Part shown: positions 8,931 through 17,519 of the stretch, one piece after another
Layout: the number at the start of each line of letters is the position of its first letter
Numbering within the stretch: the first letter of the stretch is position 1
IMG/VR virus record: IMGVR_UViG_3300018080_000003
Coordinates: 32,001-96,000 of that record
Length of the DNA stretch: 64,000 bases
Direction: 5' to 3' (one strand)
DNA from: a virus
Translations under genes and position numbers: made by a program
Notes under the pieces: generated by a model
Told to the model about the DNA's origin: nothing
Databases searched by the model: none
Seen by the model: only the letters and a program-made list of their open reading frames with translations

Positions 8931-9551
8931 ATGTACAGCGGAGTTCCTGCATACACCGAGATTTCGCACTTCCGTGCGCCCTACAAGAACGCTGTGATCT
9001 CTGGCTTCGGCCAGGAGGCCGGCGGGCCGGACCCGGCGGCTGCCTTCCTCATGGAAGACGAGCGCGGATATCGGTTCCTCAAGCCTGAGATGCACGTCTT
9101 GTTCATGAACATGATGGCGGAGGCTTACGGCGCTGAGACCATCACCGGCGACCGCATCAAGATCAGTGCGCTCACCCCTGAGCAGGCTGCTGTGGCCGCG
9201 ATCCCGCGCCCCGCGCCTTGGATCAAGGCGGCGGTGGAGTCTGGCAAGGTCGTCTTCGCGAACCAGGCGCTGGTCTTCGCGGTCCTTGGTGGCACGCAGA
9301 TCCCCAGCGGTGTCGACGAGCTTGGTTCGGCCAAGGTCGGGTCCGAAGCCGCCAAGACTTCCGCCAAGGACTACGGCCTCATCATCGTGGCCGGCGACCC
9401 CGACAAGGACCTCGGTGGGGGGAGCAAGAAAGACAGTGGCGAAGGCTTCCTCGCGAACCTCGGTCCGGCCGGAACGGCAGCCGTCGCGGCTGCGGTGATT
9501 GGCGTGGGGTACGTCGCCCTCAAGGGCGCCAAGAAGCGCAATAAGAAGTGA
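8931..9551 (+). CDS. Tail-anchored membrane protein 6
   Basis: AGGAG SD, ISGFG motif, TM plus KKRNKK. Confidence 0.8.
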   Translation: MYSGVPAYTEISHFRAPYKNAVISGFGQEAGGPDPAAAFLMEDERGYRFLKPEMHVLFMNMMAEAYGAETITGDRIKISALTPEQAAVAAIPRPAPWIKAAVESGKVVFANQALVFAVLGGTQIPSGVDELGSAKVGSEAAKTSAKDYGLIIVAGDPDKDLGGGSKKDSGEGFLANLGPAGTAAVAAAVIGVGYVALKGAKKRNKK

Positions 9552-9555
9552 GCTG

Positions 9556-10236
9556 ATGAACGCTCTTCTCCGCCTCGTTGATCCTTCCTTCGCTGCGCAG
9601 CAGCAGCGGCTGAAGCAGACCTCCAGCTCGGCCCATTCCGGTCCGCGCGGAGGTTTGCTGATGGCTGATGGCTCGTCTGGTCCGGCGATGATGTTCGACC
9701 CATCCCGCACTTCGGGCGCTTCTATGTCTCAGGGAGGCGGCGGAGCCACGATGCAGCAGCTCGATCAGCCTGGCCCTGGTGGTGCTCCCCCGAGTGACCT
9801 TGGGTTGCAGGCGACGAAGGTCGCGGGCGGAAAGAGCTACTGTGGGATCACGCCGAACGGCTTGCTCCTCTTCAACTCGGTCTACCCGAGTCAGATCTCC
9901 GGGCTTGGCCCCGAGATGGCGACCGAGGTCAACGGAAAGAAGGTCACGGCACGAGAGATGGTCCCAGTGGGTGGTGCCCCTTCAATCTCTGTGGAGAACT
10001 ACGTCCGCGGTGAGCAGGAGAAGGGCAACGGCATCATCATGACCAACACGGCCATGATCGCGACGAAGAACCTCAACGTCGCTGTTGCCCTCGCGCCTTC
10101 GCCTTGCGGCCAGAACGTGGTCTTGATGGATCCGCCTGGTGGCTGGTCGACGATGAGCCCTCTGGTGTATGCAGGCATCGGAGTCGGCGTCGTCGCGGTT
10201 CTCGGCGGCGCGTACTACCTGACGAAGAAGAAGTGA
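9556..10236 (+). CDS. Tail-anchored membrane protein 7
   Basis: ISGLG motif, TM plus KKK. Confidence 0.75.
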   Translation: MNALLRLVDPSFAAQQQRLKQTSSSAHSGPRGGLLMADGSSGPAMMFDPSRTSGASMSQGGGGATMQQLDQPGPGGAPPSDLGLQATKVAGGKSYCGITPNGLLLFNSVYPSQISGLGPEMATEVNGKKVTAREMVPVGGAPSISVENYVRGEQEKGNGIIMTNTAMIATKNLNVAVALAPSPCGQNVVLMDPPGGWSTMSPLVYAGIGVGVVAVLGGAYYLTKKK

Positions 10237-10883
10237 TGAAGCATCAGAGCTACGATCAGGCATGCCATGGCTACGGCGTCTACGCCAGCTTTGGCTCTGC
10301 TGCGGCTATCCCTTCGGCCGAAGAGGTGTTCCGCAACGTCGACAAGTACATCTTGAACGACGATGGCATCCAGGTGCTTCAGCCCCAGTTGCGCAAGGCG
10401 GCGATTGATGGCTTGGGCAAGACGACGCTCGGCATCATGGGCTCTGAGGACGGCCCGGTCATCACGGCCACGGCCACGGCGGACCTACTGGGCTTGAACG
10501 TGGGTGGCGGTTGGGCCGCGGACTACTTGGCCATGGGCTACGCGATCATGGGTGACAAGACCAGCGTGGGCAAAGGCTTGACGGGTCGCATCATGATGGC
10601 CAAGGCGCCGGGCTACATCAAGGACAACGCTGGTGTCGGTGGCAATTACGTCGTGATCGACGCGCCTCCTCAACTCTTGTTGGACGCCCAGAAGCTGGCG
10701 GCTGGCATCCCGCCGGGGATCCCTGGAAGTGAGATCCCTCCGGGTGGTGTCCTCCCTGAAGACAAGCAGAAGCAGCCTGAGTTCAAGGCTGCGGGTGCGG
10801 CGCCCACCTGGCTCGTGCCTGCAGTCGTTGGCGTGGGTCTGTTGACGCTGGGCGCTTTCGCGGTCAGCGCGAGAAAGAAGTGA
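10236..10883 (+). CDS. Tail-anchored membrane protein 8
   Basis: TGATG coupling. HGYG, ASFG and IDGLG motifs, TM plus RKK. Confidence 0.8.
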   Translation: MKHQSYDQACHGYGVYASFGSAAAIPSAEEVFRNVDKYILNDDGIQVLQPQLRKAAIDGLGKTTLGIMGSEDGPVITATATADLLGLNVGGGWAADYLAMGYAIMGDKTSVGKGLTGRIMMAKAPGYIKDNAGVGGNYVVIDAPPQLLLDAQKLAAGIPPGIPGSEIPPGGVLPEDKQKQPEFKAAGAAPTWLVPAVVGVGLLTLGAFAVSARKK

Positions 10884-11680
10884 CGACAATGCGCGGTTTC
10901 GGACAAGCTCCCGTTTTCATCGACCCCCCTGTCTACAACGACGGAGGGCTCAAGCGCGTGACGGCTGCGGCCAAGCCTGCGGCGATGTGGTCGCTGAACG
11001 CGACGACCGTCTTGGACCCGAGCCTTGGCTTCACCCAGAGGCCGTACAGCAACTTCAAGGACAGCTTTGAGCTGAGCGTCCCGAGCGGCCCTGGCACCAA
11101 CTGGCTGGATGCGAAGGTCAAGGAGGGATACGTGGTGATGCTGGTCCCGCCGGATCCGACGAACCTTGGCCCGAATCTCACGTTCATCATCACGAAGGAC
11201 CCGGTCGCGGTAAAGACCGCGTCTGCGTACATCAACCCGGTTGGTGCGGTGATCCTCGACGGCCCCCGTTCGGTCATCGAGGCGGCGAAGGGGCAGGCCC
11301 CCTCCGTCCCAGGTATCCCCGGCTCTGGCGGTACGTGCCCTCCCGGCAAGGTGGGTATTCCTCCTTTCTGTCTTCCTGTGCCTTCGGGCGGAGGAGGGGG
11401 TGGTCAGCAGCCCACGCCTCCTTTCGTTCCTCCGCTGCCGGGTGGTGGCGGCCAGAGCCCCGCGCCTACCCCGACGCCTTCTCCGACGGACCCGAGCCAG
11501 ACGCCGACCCCGGTCGTGCCGCCTCCGGCGCCCACACCGACCCCTGCACCCGCTCCCGCTCCTCAGAAGCCGGCAACGGCTGCGATGGGCGGCTCGGGAT
11601 GGGTCCTCCCTGTCTTGGTGGGGATCGGAGCCATCTCCCTCATCTCCCTGAGTGCTGCGAGCCGGAAGAAGCGTCGCTGA
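10880..11680 (+). CDS. Tail-anchored membrane protein 9, Pro/Thr-rich stalk
   Basis: MRGFG near N-terminus, PTPTP linker, TM plus RKKRR. Confidence 0.8.
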   Translation: MTTMRGFGQAPVFIDPPVYNDGGLKRVTAAAKPAAMWSLNATTVLDPSLGFTQRPYSNFKDSFELSVPSGPGTNWLDAKVKEGYVVMLVPPDPTNLGPNLTFIITKDPVAVKTASAYINPVGAVILDGPRSVIEAAKGQAPSVPGIPGSGGTCPPGKVGIPPFCLPVPSGGGGGGQQPTPPFVPPLPGGGGQSPAPTPTPSPTDPSQTPTPVVPPPAPTPTPAPAPAPQKPATAAMGGSGWVLPVLVGIGAISLISLSAASRKKRR

Positions 11681-11707
11681 AATCACTCCTTCTGCTAGGA
11701 TTGCCAG

Positions 11708-12286
11708 ATGGAGATCGATTTTCGACAGATGCTCTTTGGGGTGGGCAGCACCGCTGTTCAGAGCCTCCGTTCGGGCAATCCGACCACCGACAGCTACGCA
11801 CAGGCGGCGGCTCGTCTTCTCCAGCATGCCGGCAAGTGGTCTGCGGTCAGCCAGTCGGGGGTACGTTGTACGACGCGTCAGCGCACACCGATCGGAACGA
11901 CTGAGATCTGTCGAGCCCCTGGGATTGGAGCCTGTGTCGTCTGTGACCAGCCGACTTGTTTCAACCACTCGATGATCTCTCCCCATGATGGAACGCAGAT
12001 CTGTTTTGGGTGCGTGGGGCGTTCTCAGCAGCAGTACCGTGCGGGTGGTCCGGCAGAAGCTCCTGGGGTCAGCGACGCTGAGAAGAAGGCGGATTGCCTC
12101 ATCGTACTTGGCCTCGCGGGAGAGGTGACTTGGGCTCAGGTCCAGGCGGTCTACAAGGCTATCGCCAAAGAGCAGCACCCCGACAAGTTCCCTCCCGCTC
12201 AACGGAAGGAGCAGGAGAAGAAATTCAAGAAGATCAACCAGGCCTATGAGTGGCTCAAGGCCCACTACGAGAAAGAAGCAGCATGA
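11708..12286 (+). CDS. Zn-finger plus C-terminal J-domain protein
   Basis: CxxC-x4-CxxH..CxxC, then VLGL..YKAIAKEQHPDK..FKKINQAYEWL with intact HPD. Confidence 0.9.
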   Translation: MEIDFRQMLFGVGSTAVQSLRSGNPTTDSYAQAAARLLQHAGKWSAVSQSGVRCTTRQRTPIGTTEICRAPGIGACVVCDQPTCFNHSMISPHDGTQICFGCVGRSQQQYRAGGPAEAPGVSDAEKKADCLIVLGLAGEVTWAQVQAVYKAIAKEQHPDKFPPAQRKEQEKKFKKINQAYEWLKAHYEKEAA

Positions 12287-12579
12287 TGATTCGTGGATTT
12301 GGAGCCTTCGGGCAAGAGACCCCTGTCGTTCCTGGCATGCCTGGTGGCATCACCTCCATGGATGAACTTGGCCAGCAGGTCACCTCCGGCCTCGTCGTCG
12401 AGCTTGGGAACAAGCAAGAGGGCAACTACAAGTGCTACGAGCCGACCGAGAAGCAGGCGGCCGAGGGCAAGAAGGCCATGTGCGTGGGCTCTAAGCAGTT
12501 CTACACCATGAGCCACCTCGGAGCGCTTGCCATCGGTGGAGCTGTCGGCTTCGCCATCTGCAAGATGATGAAGAAGTGA
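12283..12579 (+). CDS. Tail-anchored membrane protein 10
   Basis: Starts MMIRGFGAFGQ. TM plus KMMKK. Confidence 0.8.
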   Translation: MMIRGFGAFGQETPVVPGMPGGITSMDELGQQVTSGLVVELGNKQEGNYKCYEPTEKQAAEGKKAMCVGSKQFYTMSHLGALAIGGAVGFAICKMMKK

Positions 12580-12583
12580 TCTG

Positions 12584-12982
12584 ATGTATACCTCTCTTGG
12601 ACAGAACTTGGACTACGGCTGGGTGTTCCTCTACGGACCTCCCGCCAAGGGTGCGGCTGATCAGTTCCTTGGTTGGGTCTACACCTCCACGCCCGGCGCT
12701 CAGGTGATCGCGAAGCGAGCCTCGGGCGCTATCCCGGGGTTCCTCGACTTCAGTGCGACCACAGGTCTAGGCTGGCAGCAGCTTCAAGAGATGATCAGCC
12801 AGAAGACGGGTGAGTTCAGTAGTCAGCTGACGCCTCAGTTCTTGAGCTACTACTATCCCGCGACCCCTCAGGTCGCTCAGACGGTGCGTACCATCATGCG
12901 TGGTATCATCACGACGTCCGACCGAGAAGGTTGGATCCGCCAGGTTCGAGTGTTCGACCCGAACCGCAACCAGATCCGGTGA
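12584..12982 (+). CDS. Putative virion protein (same N-terminus as 6585 protein, no TM)
   Basis: Starts MYTSLGQ. Confidence 0.7.
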   Translation: MYTSLGQNLDYGWVFLYGPPAKGAADQFLGWVYTSTPGAQVIAKRASGAIPGFLDFSATTGLGWQQLQEMISQKTGEFSSQLTPQFLSYYYPATPQVAQTVRTIMRGIITTSDREGWIRQVRVFDPNRNQIR

Positions 12983-12987
12983 CAGAC

Positions 12988-13344
12988 ATGTTCGGCTCCT
13001 ACTACGAGGCAGATTACTACCGCAACCCGGTCCCCTACCGGCAGAGTGACATCGGCGAGCCGGTGCCTGGTTGGGGTGTAAACCCGTTGGTGGCTGGTCC
13101 TGCTCGTCTCGGGGTGGGAGCGCCTCCAATGCTGGACACTTCGCTCATGCGGGCTTCGGCCGCGCAGATGCAGACGCCCATTCTCCAGATGCAGACGCAG
13201 CGTGGTGGCACAACGACTACGGAGGGTGGAGTCACGCCCGGAGCGGGCGCCCCGATGGCGCTCCCGTGGTGGACGTACCCTGCTGCTGCTGCGGTCGCGC
13301 TCGGCCTCGTGGGCTTCTACGGGACGAAGAAGGGTTGGTTCTGA
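12988..13344 (+). CDS. Tail-anchored membrane protein 11
   Basis: Starts MFGSYY, RLGVG motif, TM plus KKGWF. Confidence 0.75.
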   Translation: MFGSYYEADYYRNPVPYRQSDIGEPVPGWGVNPLVAGPARLGVGAPPMLDTSLMRASAAQMQTPILQMQTQRGGTTTTEGGVTPGAGAPMALPWWTYPAAAAVALGLVGFYGTKKGWF

Positions 13345-13345
13345 G

Positions 13346-14368
13346 ATGAGCTACGCAGCTGTTGGAAATGTTGGCTTCAACGTCCAGGTGGACATCCCTC
13401 TGTTGACGGGTGGCCCTGCGGCCGAGGACACTGGTGCAACGAAGCCGAATTGTCCTGGCAAGCTCATGTCGGCGAGTGGTAGCGGGCCTCCGGCCCGATG
13501 CGACGGTGGCATCCATGCGGTGAACTGCAAGGAGGTCTGTTGCAAGGTCGAGTCTTGGACGAACAACACGTACAAGGACATCGGCGGTGAGATCTCACTG
13601 CAGCGTTTGAACGAGTCTCGCATCGAGCACTTGTTCGCAGCGATCTTCGCCGGTGGTGGTCTTCAGAACATGGCCTACGACCTCGGCGTGAAGCCGCCCT
13701 CCCAGGCGGACATGGCGCGCTACAACGAGGCGTTCACCGACTACTTCCGCATCATGGACAAGAACCGCTGGGTTCTTGCGAAGGGCCCTCGTCGCGGCTG
13801 CGACGGTGGAGGCGTTTATGATGTGTGGCGGACGCGTCCGGGCAGGTCGACTTGGACTGTGCAGCGCGTGACGACGTTGGAGAAGCTTGTCGGAAGCCTC
13901 GGCGGCCCTGGTCGTGCGAAGGCCATCGATCAGGTGGGTGTGCCCTACAACCAGTTCCTCCCCCCGGCTCACACGGCGAAGATGGACGAGCTGATCAATC
14001 TCACGATGACGGTGCCCGGTAGCCGGATGGGCGATCGGGTAGGCATGATGCCCACGCTCGCAGCGGCCTTCCGGCCGCAAAACGGCCTGCTCATGCCCTA
14101 CGGTTGGTTTGCGACGTTCTTGCAGGCGCTTCGTCCGCCTCGGGTGATGATCTCAACCGCACTTGCGACGAAGTTCGGACCCCAGCAACAGCGCCTTGTC
14201 GATCTGATGAATCAGCCTGCGACGCAGCAGGCGGCCCGGGACACGACGCAGCCGGCGGCTCCGCCTCCGACAATGACCCAGCAAGAGGGTGGCATTCCCA
14301 CTGCAGCGCTTGTCGCTGGTGGGCTCTTGGTGGCGGGTGGCGTTGCGTTCATTGCTCTGAGAAAGTGA
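13346..14368 (+). CDS. Tail-anchored membrane protein 12, Cys-rich N-terminal part
   Basis: Starts MSYAAVG, six Cys, TM plus RK. Confidence 0.75.
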   Translation: MSYAAVGNVGFNVQVDIPLLTGGPAAEDTGATKPNCPGKLMSASGSGPPARCDGGIHAVNCKEVCCKVESWTNNTYKDIGGEISLQRLNESRIEHLFAAIFAGGGLQNMAYDLGVKPPSQADMARYNEAFTDYFRIMDKNRWVLAKGPRRGCDGGGVYDVWRTRPGRSTWTVQRVTTLEKLVGSLGGPGRAKAIDQVGVPYNQFLPPAHTAKMDELINLTMTVPGSRMGDRVGMMPTLAAAFRPQNGLLMPYGWFATFLQALRPPRVMISTALATKFGPQQQRLVDLMNQPATQQAARDTTQPAAPPPTMTQQEGGIPTAALVAGGLLVAGGVAFIALRK

Positions 14369-14375
14369 TCTGGCC

Positions 14376-15749
14376 ATGTACGGCCTTGGTGTTCCCCCCA
14401 GTGAGACACTGGAAGACCTGAGAGAGCTTCAGGACTTCAAGTTCCCGTCGCCGCCGGAGAAGATGCAGGGCGTGATTGATGGGATCGATGCGGTCGTGCC
14501 CATCAAGAACATCAACTTGGATGTGGGCGGCATCATCAACCCTCCTGTTGCGAATCTGGTCACGGGTGTTCAGACGACCATCGAGAGCGCCACGGGGATG
14601 GGGTTCGGTCAGCTCGTCTCGCTGGCGGACAACGTCTACGGGCTCGCAAACGCGGCGAACACGGGGCAGTTCTTCATGGCGCTGAATCAGCTCATGAACG
14701 GAGCGCTGGACCTGGCGGCAGAGGCGAACGCGCAGGTCGCAGCGGCTGTGGAGTCGTTCCAGTCCATTCCTTACTTCGGGATGATCATGGATGCGATGCT
14801 GGGCTTCATCAGCGATGTGTTGAAGTCTCAGGCGCGGTACGCGGGAGCTACGGCGAAGTGCCAGCAGCGTGTGGACCAGAAGATGAACAACTTCTGCAGC
14901 ACGCTCTCTCGGCAGTCAACGCCTCGTCCGACGGGTCCGAAGGGGCAGACGCCTGCGGACATGTTCCGTCCCTTGGCGGTGAAGTACCAGCAGGGGAGCC
15001 GGAAGTACCCGGCGAACGTCTCTACGATGTACCTGCTCTTGTGCGGGGAGGAGACGCAGGGCTTTGGCTTCCCGCGCGGCCACAAGTTCCCTTCGGGGGT
15101 TCGGATTCAGATCCCTCAGGACACGCAGCGTCGAATGTGGCGTGTGATCCAAGGGCTGATGAAGCAGGCGAAGAACCCGTCGATCACAGCTGCTTTCTCT
15201 GAGCTGAGTGACGGGGATGACGGCTACAGCTTGATGCCCATCTTGCAGGACGTCGTCTACAACGAGTGGATGGCGGGCCGCCTGACGCGGAACACGCTGA
15301 ACTACCTCTCCGACTACGCGTTGAACTGGACCTACCACTACGAGGAGTGTCCAGATCTGACGAGGGGAGAGATCGGAGCCGGCGGCAAGCCTGCGGGTGG
15401 CGGAAGCTGCACTTCGCGTATCAACCTTGCCGAGGCTTTCGAGAAGTCGATCCAGACGTACAAGAATCAGCTTCGAGCGTATTACTGGGACCCGGTTCGA
15501 AACACGTGGAAGAATCCTCGCGGGGTCAAGTACAACATCAGCGGTGGTATTGCGAAGAACGCAAAGGCCAAGGGGCTCCTGACGCTGACTCCGAACGCCA
15601 TCAAGCAGTTGGAGCAGACGCAGAAGTCTCGCGGTGGCGTCGCCCCGCTTGCCCACCTGTCGGATGATCAGCGCAAGGCAGCGATCGCGACTACGGCTGT
15701 CGTGCTAGGAGGAGGAAGCTTCTTCTTGGCGCGGCGTCTTGCGAAGTGA
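14376..15749 (+). CDS. Tail-anchored membrane protein 13
   Basis: Starts MYGLG, 457 aa, TM plus RRLAK. Confidence 0.8.
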   Translation: MYGLGVPPSETLEDLRELQDFKFPSPPEKMQGVIDGIDAVVPIKNINLDVGGIINPPVANLVTGVQTTIESATGMGFGQLVSLADNVYGLANAANTGQFFMALNQLMNGALDLAAEANAQVAAAVESFQSIPYFGMIMDAMLGFISDVLKSQARYAGATAKCQQRVDQKMNNFCSTLSRQSTPRPTGPKGQTPADMFRPLAVKYQQGSRKYPANVSTMYLLLCGEETQGFGFPRGHKFPSGVRIQIPQDTQRRMWRVIQGLMKQAKNPSITAAFSELSDGDDGYSLMPILQDVVYNEWMAGRLTRNTLNYLSDYALNWTYHYEECPDLTRGEIGAGGKPAGGGSCTSRINLAEAFEKSIQTYKNQLRAYYWDPVRNTWKNPRGVKYNISGGIAKNAKAKGLLTLTPNAIKQLEQTQKSRGGVAPLAHLSDDQRKAAIATTAVVLGGGSFFLARRLAK

Positions 15750-15758
15750 GCCGCTGGC

Positions 15759-15965
15759 TCAGTCTTCTTCCTCTTCATGTACGACGATGTACTCGCAGTT
15801 CTTCTCTTTCCCTCCGACGATGCCGAGGAAGACGGAGACCGAGCGTTCGCACTTGCGCACCTTCAGGCCCTCAGGGGTCTGGACGGCGTGTGTGATGTAG
15901 GGCCCGACGGTCGTCGTGCAGCCAGTGACAGATAGCAGAATGATGGTGATGATGATGCTCTTCAT
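15759..15965 (-). CDS. Small lipoprotein
   Basis: MKSIIITIILLSVTG-C signal II/lipobox and two further Cys. Confidence 0.75.
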   Translation of the reverse strand: MKSIIITIILLSVTGCTTTVGPYITHAVQTPEGLKVRKCERSVSVFLGIVGGKEKNCEYIVVHEEEED

Positions 15966-15974
15966 GGTGATCTC

Positions 15975-16358
15975 ATGTTGACGACGGTTGCTTGTGTTCT
16001 GGCCAGAAGGGCCGACGGAAGTGTGTTGGCGGTTTCACGCCCAGACCCACCCCTTCGCTTCGGGTTGCCTGGTGGCGAGGTTGAGCCTGGAGAGTCTTGG
16101 GAGCAGGCAGCTCGTCGAGAGCTGTTCGAGGAGACGGGCATGCATGTCGCGGGTCCGCTGGTGAAGCTCTACGACACCATCACCGAGACGGGCGCTCATG
16201 TCATCACCTTTGAGGCGCCTCGCGTCTTCGGTGATATGCGGAGCAGCCCTGAGGGTTTGGCAGCTTGGGTGCCGGCTGTGACGCTGATTGCTGGCGACAA
16301 GGCGGCCTACCCTGAGCACACGCGTCGGGTCTTCACCATTGCTGGGGTTCGCGTCTAG
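15975..16358 (+). CDS. NUDIX hydrolase
   Basis: Nudix box GGEVEPGESWEQAARRELFEETG. Confidence 0.95.
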   Translation: MLTTVACVLARRADGSVLAVSRPDPPLRFGLPGGEVEPGESWEQAARRELFEETGMHVAGPLVKLYDTITETGAHVITFEAPRVFGDMRSSPEGLAAWVPAVTLIAGDKAAYPEHTRRVFTIAGVRV

Positions 16359-16361
16359 CAC

Positions 16362-16427
16362 GTTACAGCCGTAACACGCATCGCCGCCCGGAACAAGAGG
16401 TAGACTTTCTACCGTTACCGTGGCAAC
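16362..16427. promoter_or_regulatory. Two GTWAC-N4-GTWAC-type sites
   Basis: GTTAC-agcc-GTAAC (16362) and GTTAC-cgtg-GCAAC (16414). Confidence 0.55.
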
Positions 16428-16436
16428 CTCTTCGAC

Positions 16437-17108
16437 ATGGCCGAACAAGAAGCCTCCGAAGGGGAGTTGAAGAAGGCTGAGGCTCCGAAGGTGCCTGAAG
16501 CTTTTGTTCGAGGTGGTACCTCCACGATGAAGAGCGAGGCGCTCTACGAGCAGCGCTTCCAGGAGGCGGAAAAGAGACGCGACGCGCAGGCGAACGAAGA
16601 GGGCGACGCTGTTCGAGTCAAGGGCTTCTCTGACCAGAAGAAGTCCGATCTAGCCTCCGCAGAGGCCATTAACGAGGCGACAGCCAAGGGCACCGGGACG
16701 CTTTTCCAGAACCAGTTCACGCGGCATCCGGAGATCCCAAAGGCTTACATCCTGCTCAAGTACTGCGACAGTCGTGGCGAGCAGATCAAGTTTCAGGGTG
16801 ACCCCGTCTTCTGCCAAGCAGACCTCATCGTGGGCATGGACCCTCTCTTCCCTGAGGAGCTGAGTCTCATCCTCGTCTGTCCTCGATGTGTCCAGCATGG
16901 TCAGAAGCATCTCCAGGACTGCCAGATGACGATCCGTCAGAGGAACCGAAACTTCGAGTTTCGTTCCGGGATGGGTCCTCCGACTTTCATCTTTCAGGGC
17001 CGCACGTTTCGATCTGCCGGCATGATCGTCGAGTCTGAGTCCTTCCGTTGCCCCGACTGCAACTGGAAGGCTCGCATCAGCAAGAACATGGTGCTTCCGG
17101 ATCGATGA
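16437..17108 (+). CDS. Hypothetical protein with two CxxC pairs
   Basis: CPRC and CPDC motifs. Confidence 0.75.
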   Translation: MAEQEASEGELKKAEAPKVPEAFVRGGTSTMKSEALYEQRFQEAEKRRDAQANEEGDAVRVKGFSDQKKSDLASAEAINEATAKGTGTLFQNQFTRHPEIPKAYILLKYCDSRGEQIKFQGDPVFCQADLIVGMDPLFPEELSLILVCPRCVQHGQKHLQDCQMTIRQRNRNFEFRSGMGPPTFIFQGRTFRSAGMIVESESFRCPDCNWKARISKNMVLPDR

Positions 17109-17251
17109 TGGAAGACTTTCTCGACATGGGCCTCGTCACTTTCTTGGTATGTGTCGTCTTCTTCTTCGGAAGTTGTGCCACACATTGTGGCTGGCGAGCT
17201 GGCGACGCGTTCTCTGACTTCGCCGAGAGGCTATACTTGAAGAGTGAGTAG
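17105..17251 (+). CDS. Small membrane protein
   Basis: Coupled start, hydrophobic LVTFLVCVVFFF. Confidence 0.5.
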   Translation: MMEDFLDMGLVTFLVCVVFFFGSCATHCGWRAGDAFSDFAERLYLKSE

Positions 17252-17519
17252 TGAAGACGCCCTTCCGGGCTCCGCGTCGTTCCAGGTTGGGAACGACACT
17301 TACATCGTCTGGGTTCCTTCTGTCACCGCGCTGCGGTCGATACGCCCGACGAGCTTCAATCCTCAAGGGGAGACTGCAATCTATTCTGGTCCGACTGAGA
17401 TGATGATCTTGCCCCTCCCGATAGGGGAGGTGGCCGCGAAGATCGAAAAAGAGCGAAAGGGGTACTTGGAATGGCGAATGAAGCTGAAGAAGCGGGTGAA
17501 GGCTGGGCAAAGCAGCTAG
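17244..17519 (+). CDS. Hypothetical protein
   Basis: Fills gap in operon. Confidence 0.5.
   Translation: MSSEDALPGSASFQVGNDTYIVWVPSVTALRSIRPTSFNPQGETAIYSGPTEMMILPLPIGEVAAKIEKERKGYLEWRMKLKKRVKAGQSS

Noticed and set aside
10880-12579. RG/F N-termini as type IV prepilin leaders
   Set aside because: No hydrophobic helix or Glu+5 after the GF; the TM is C-terminal.
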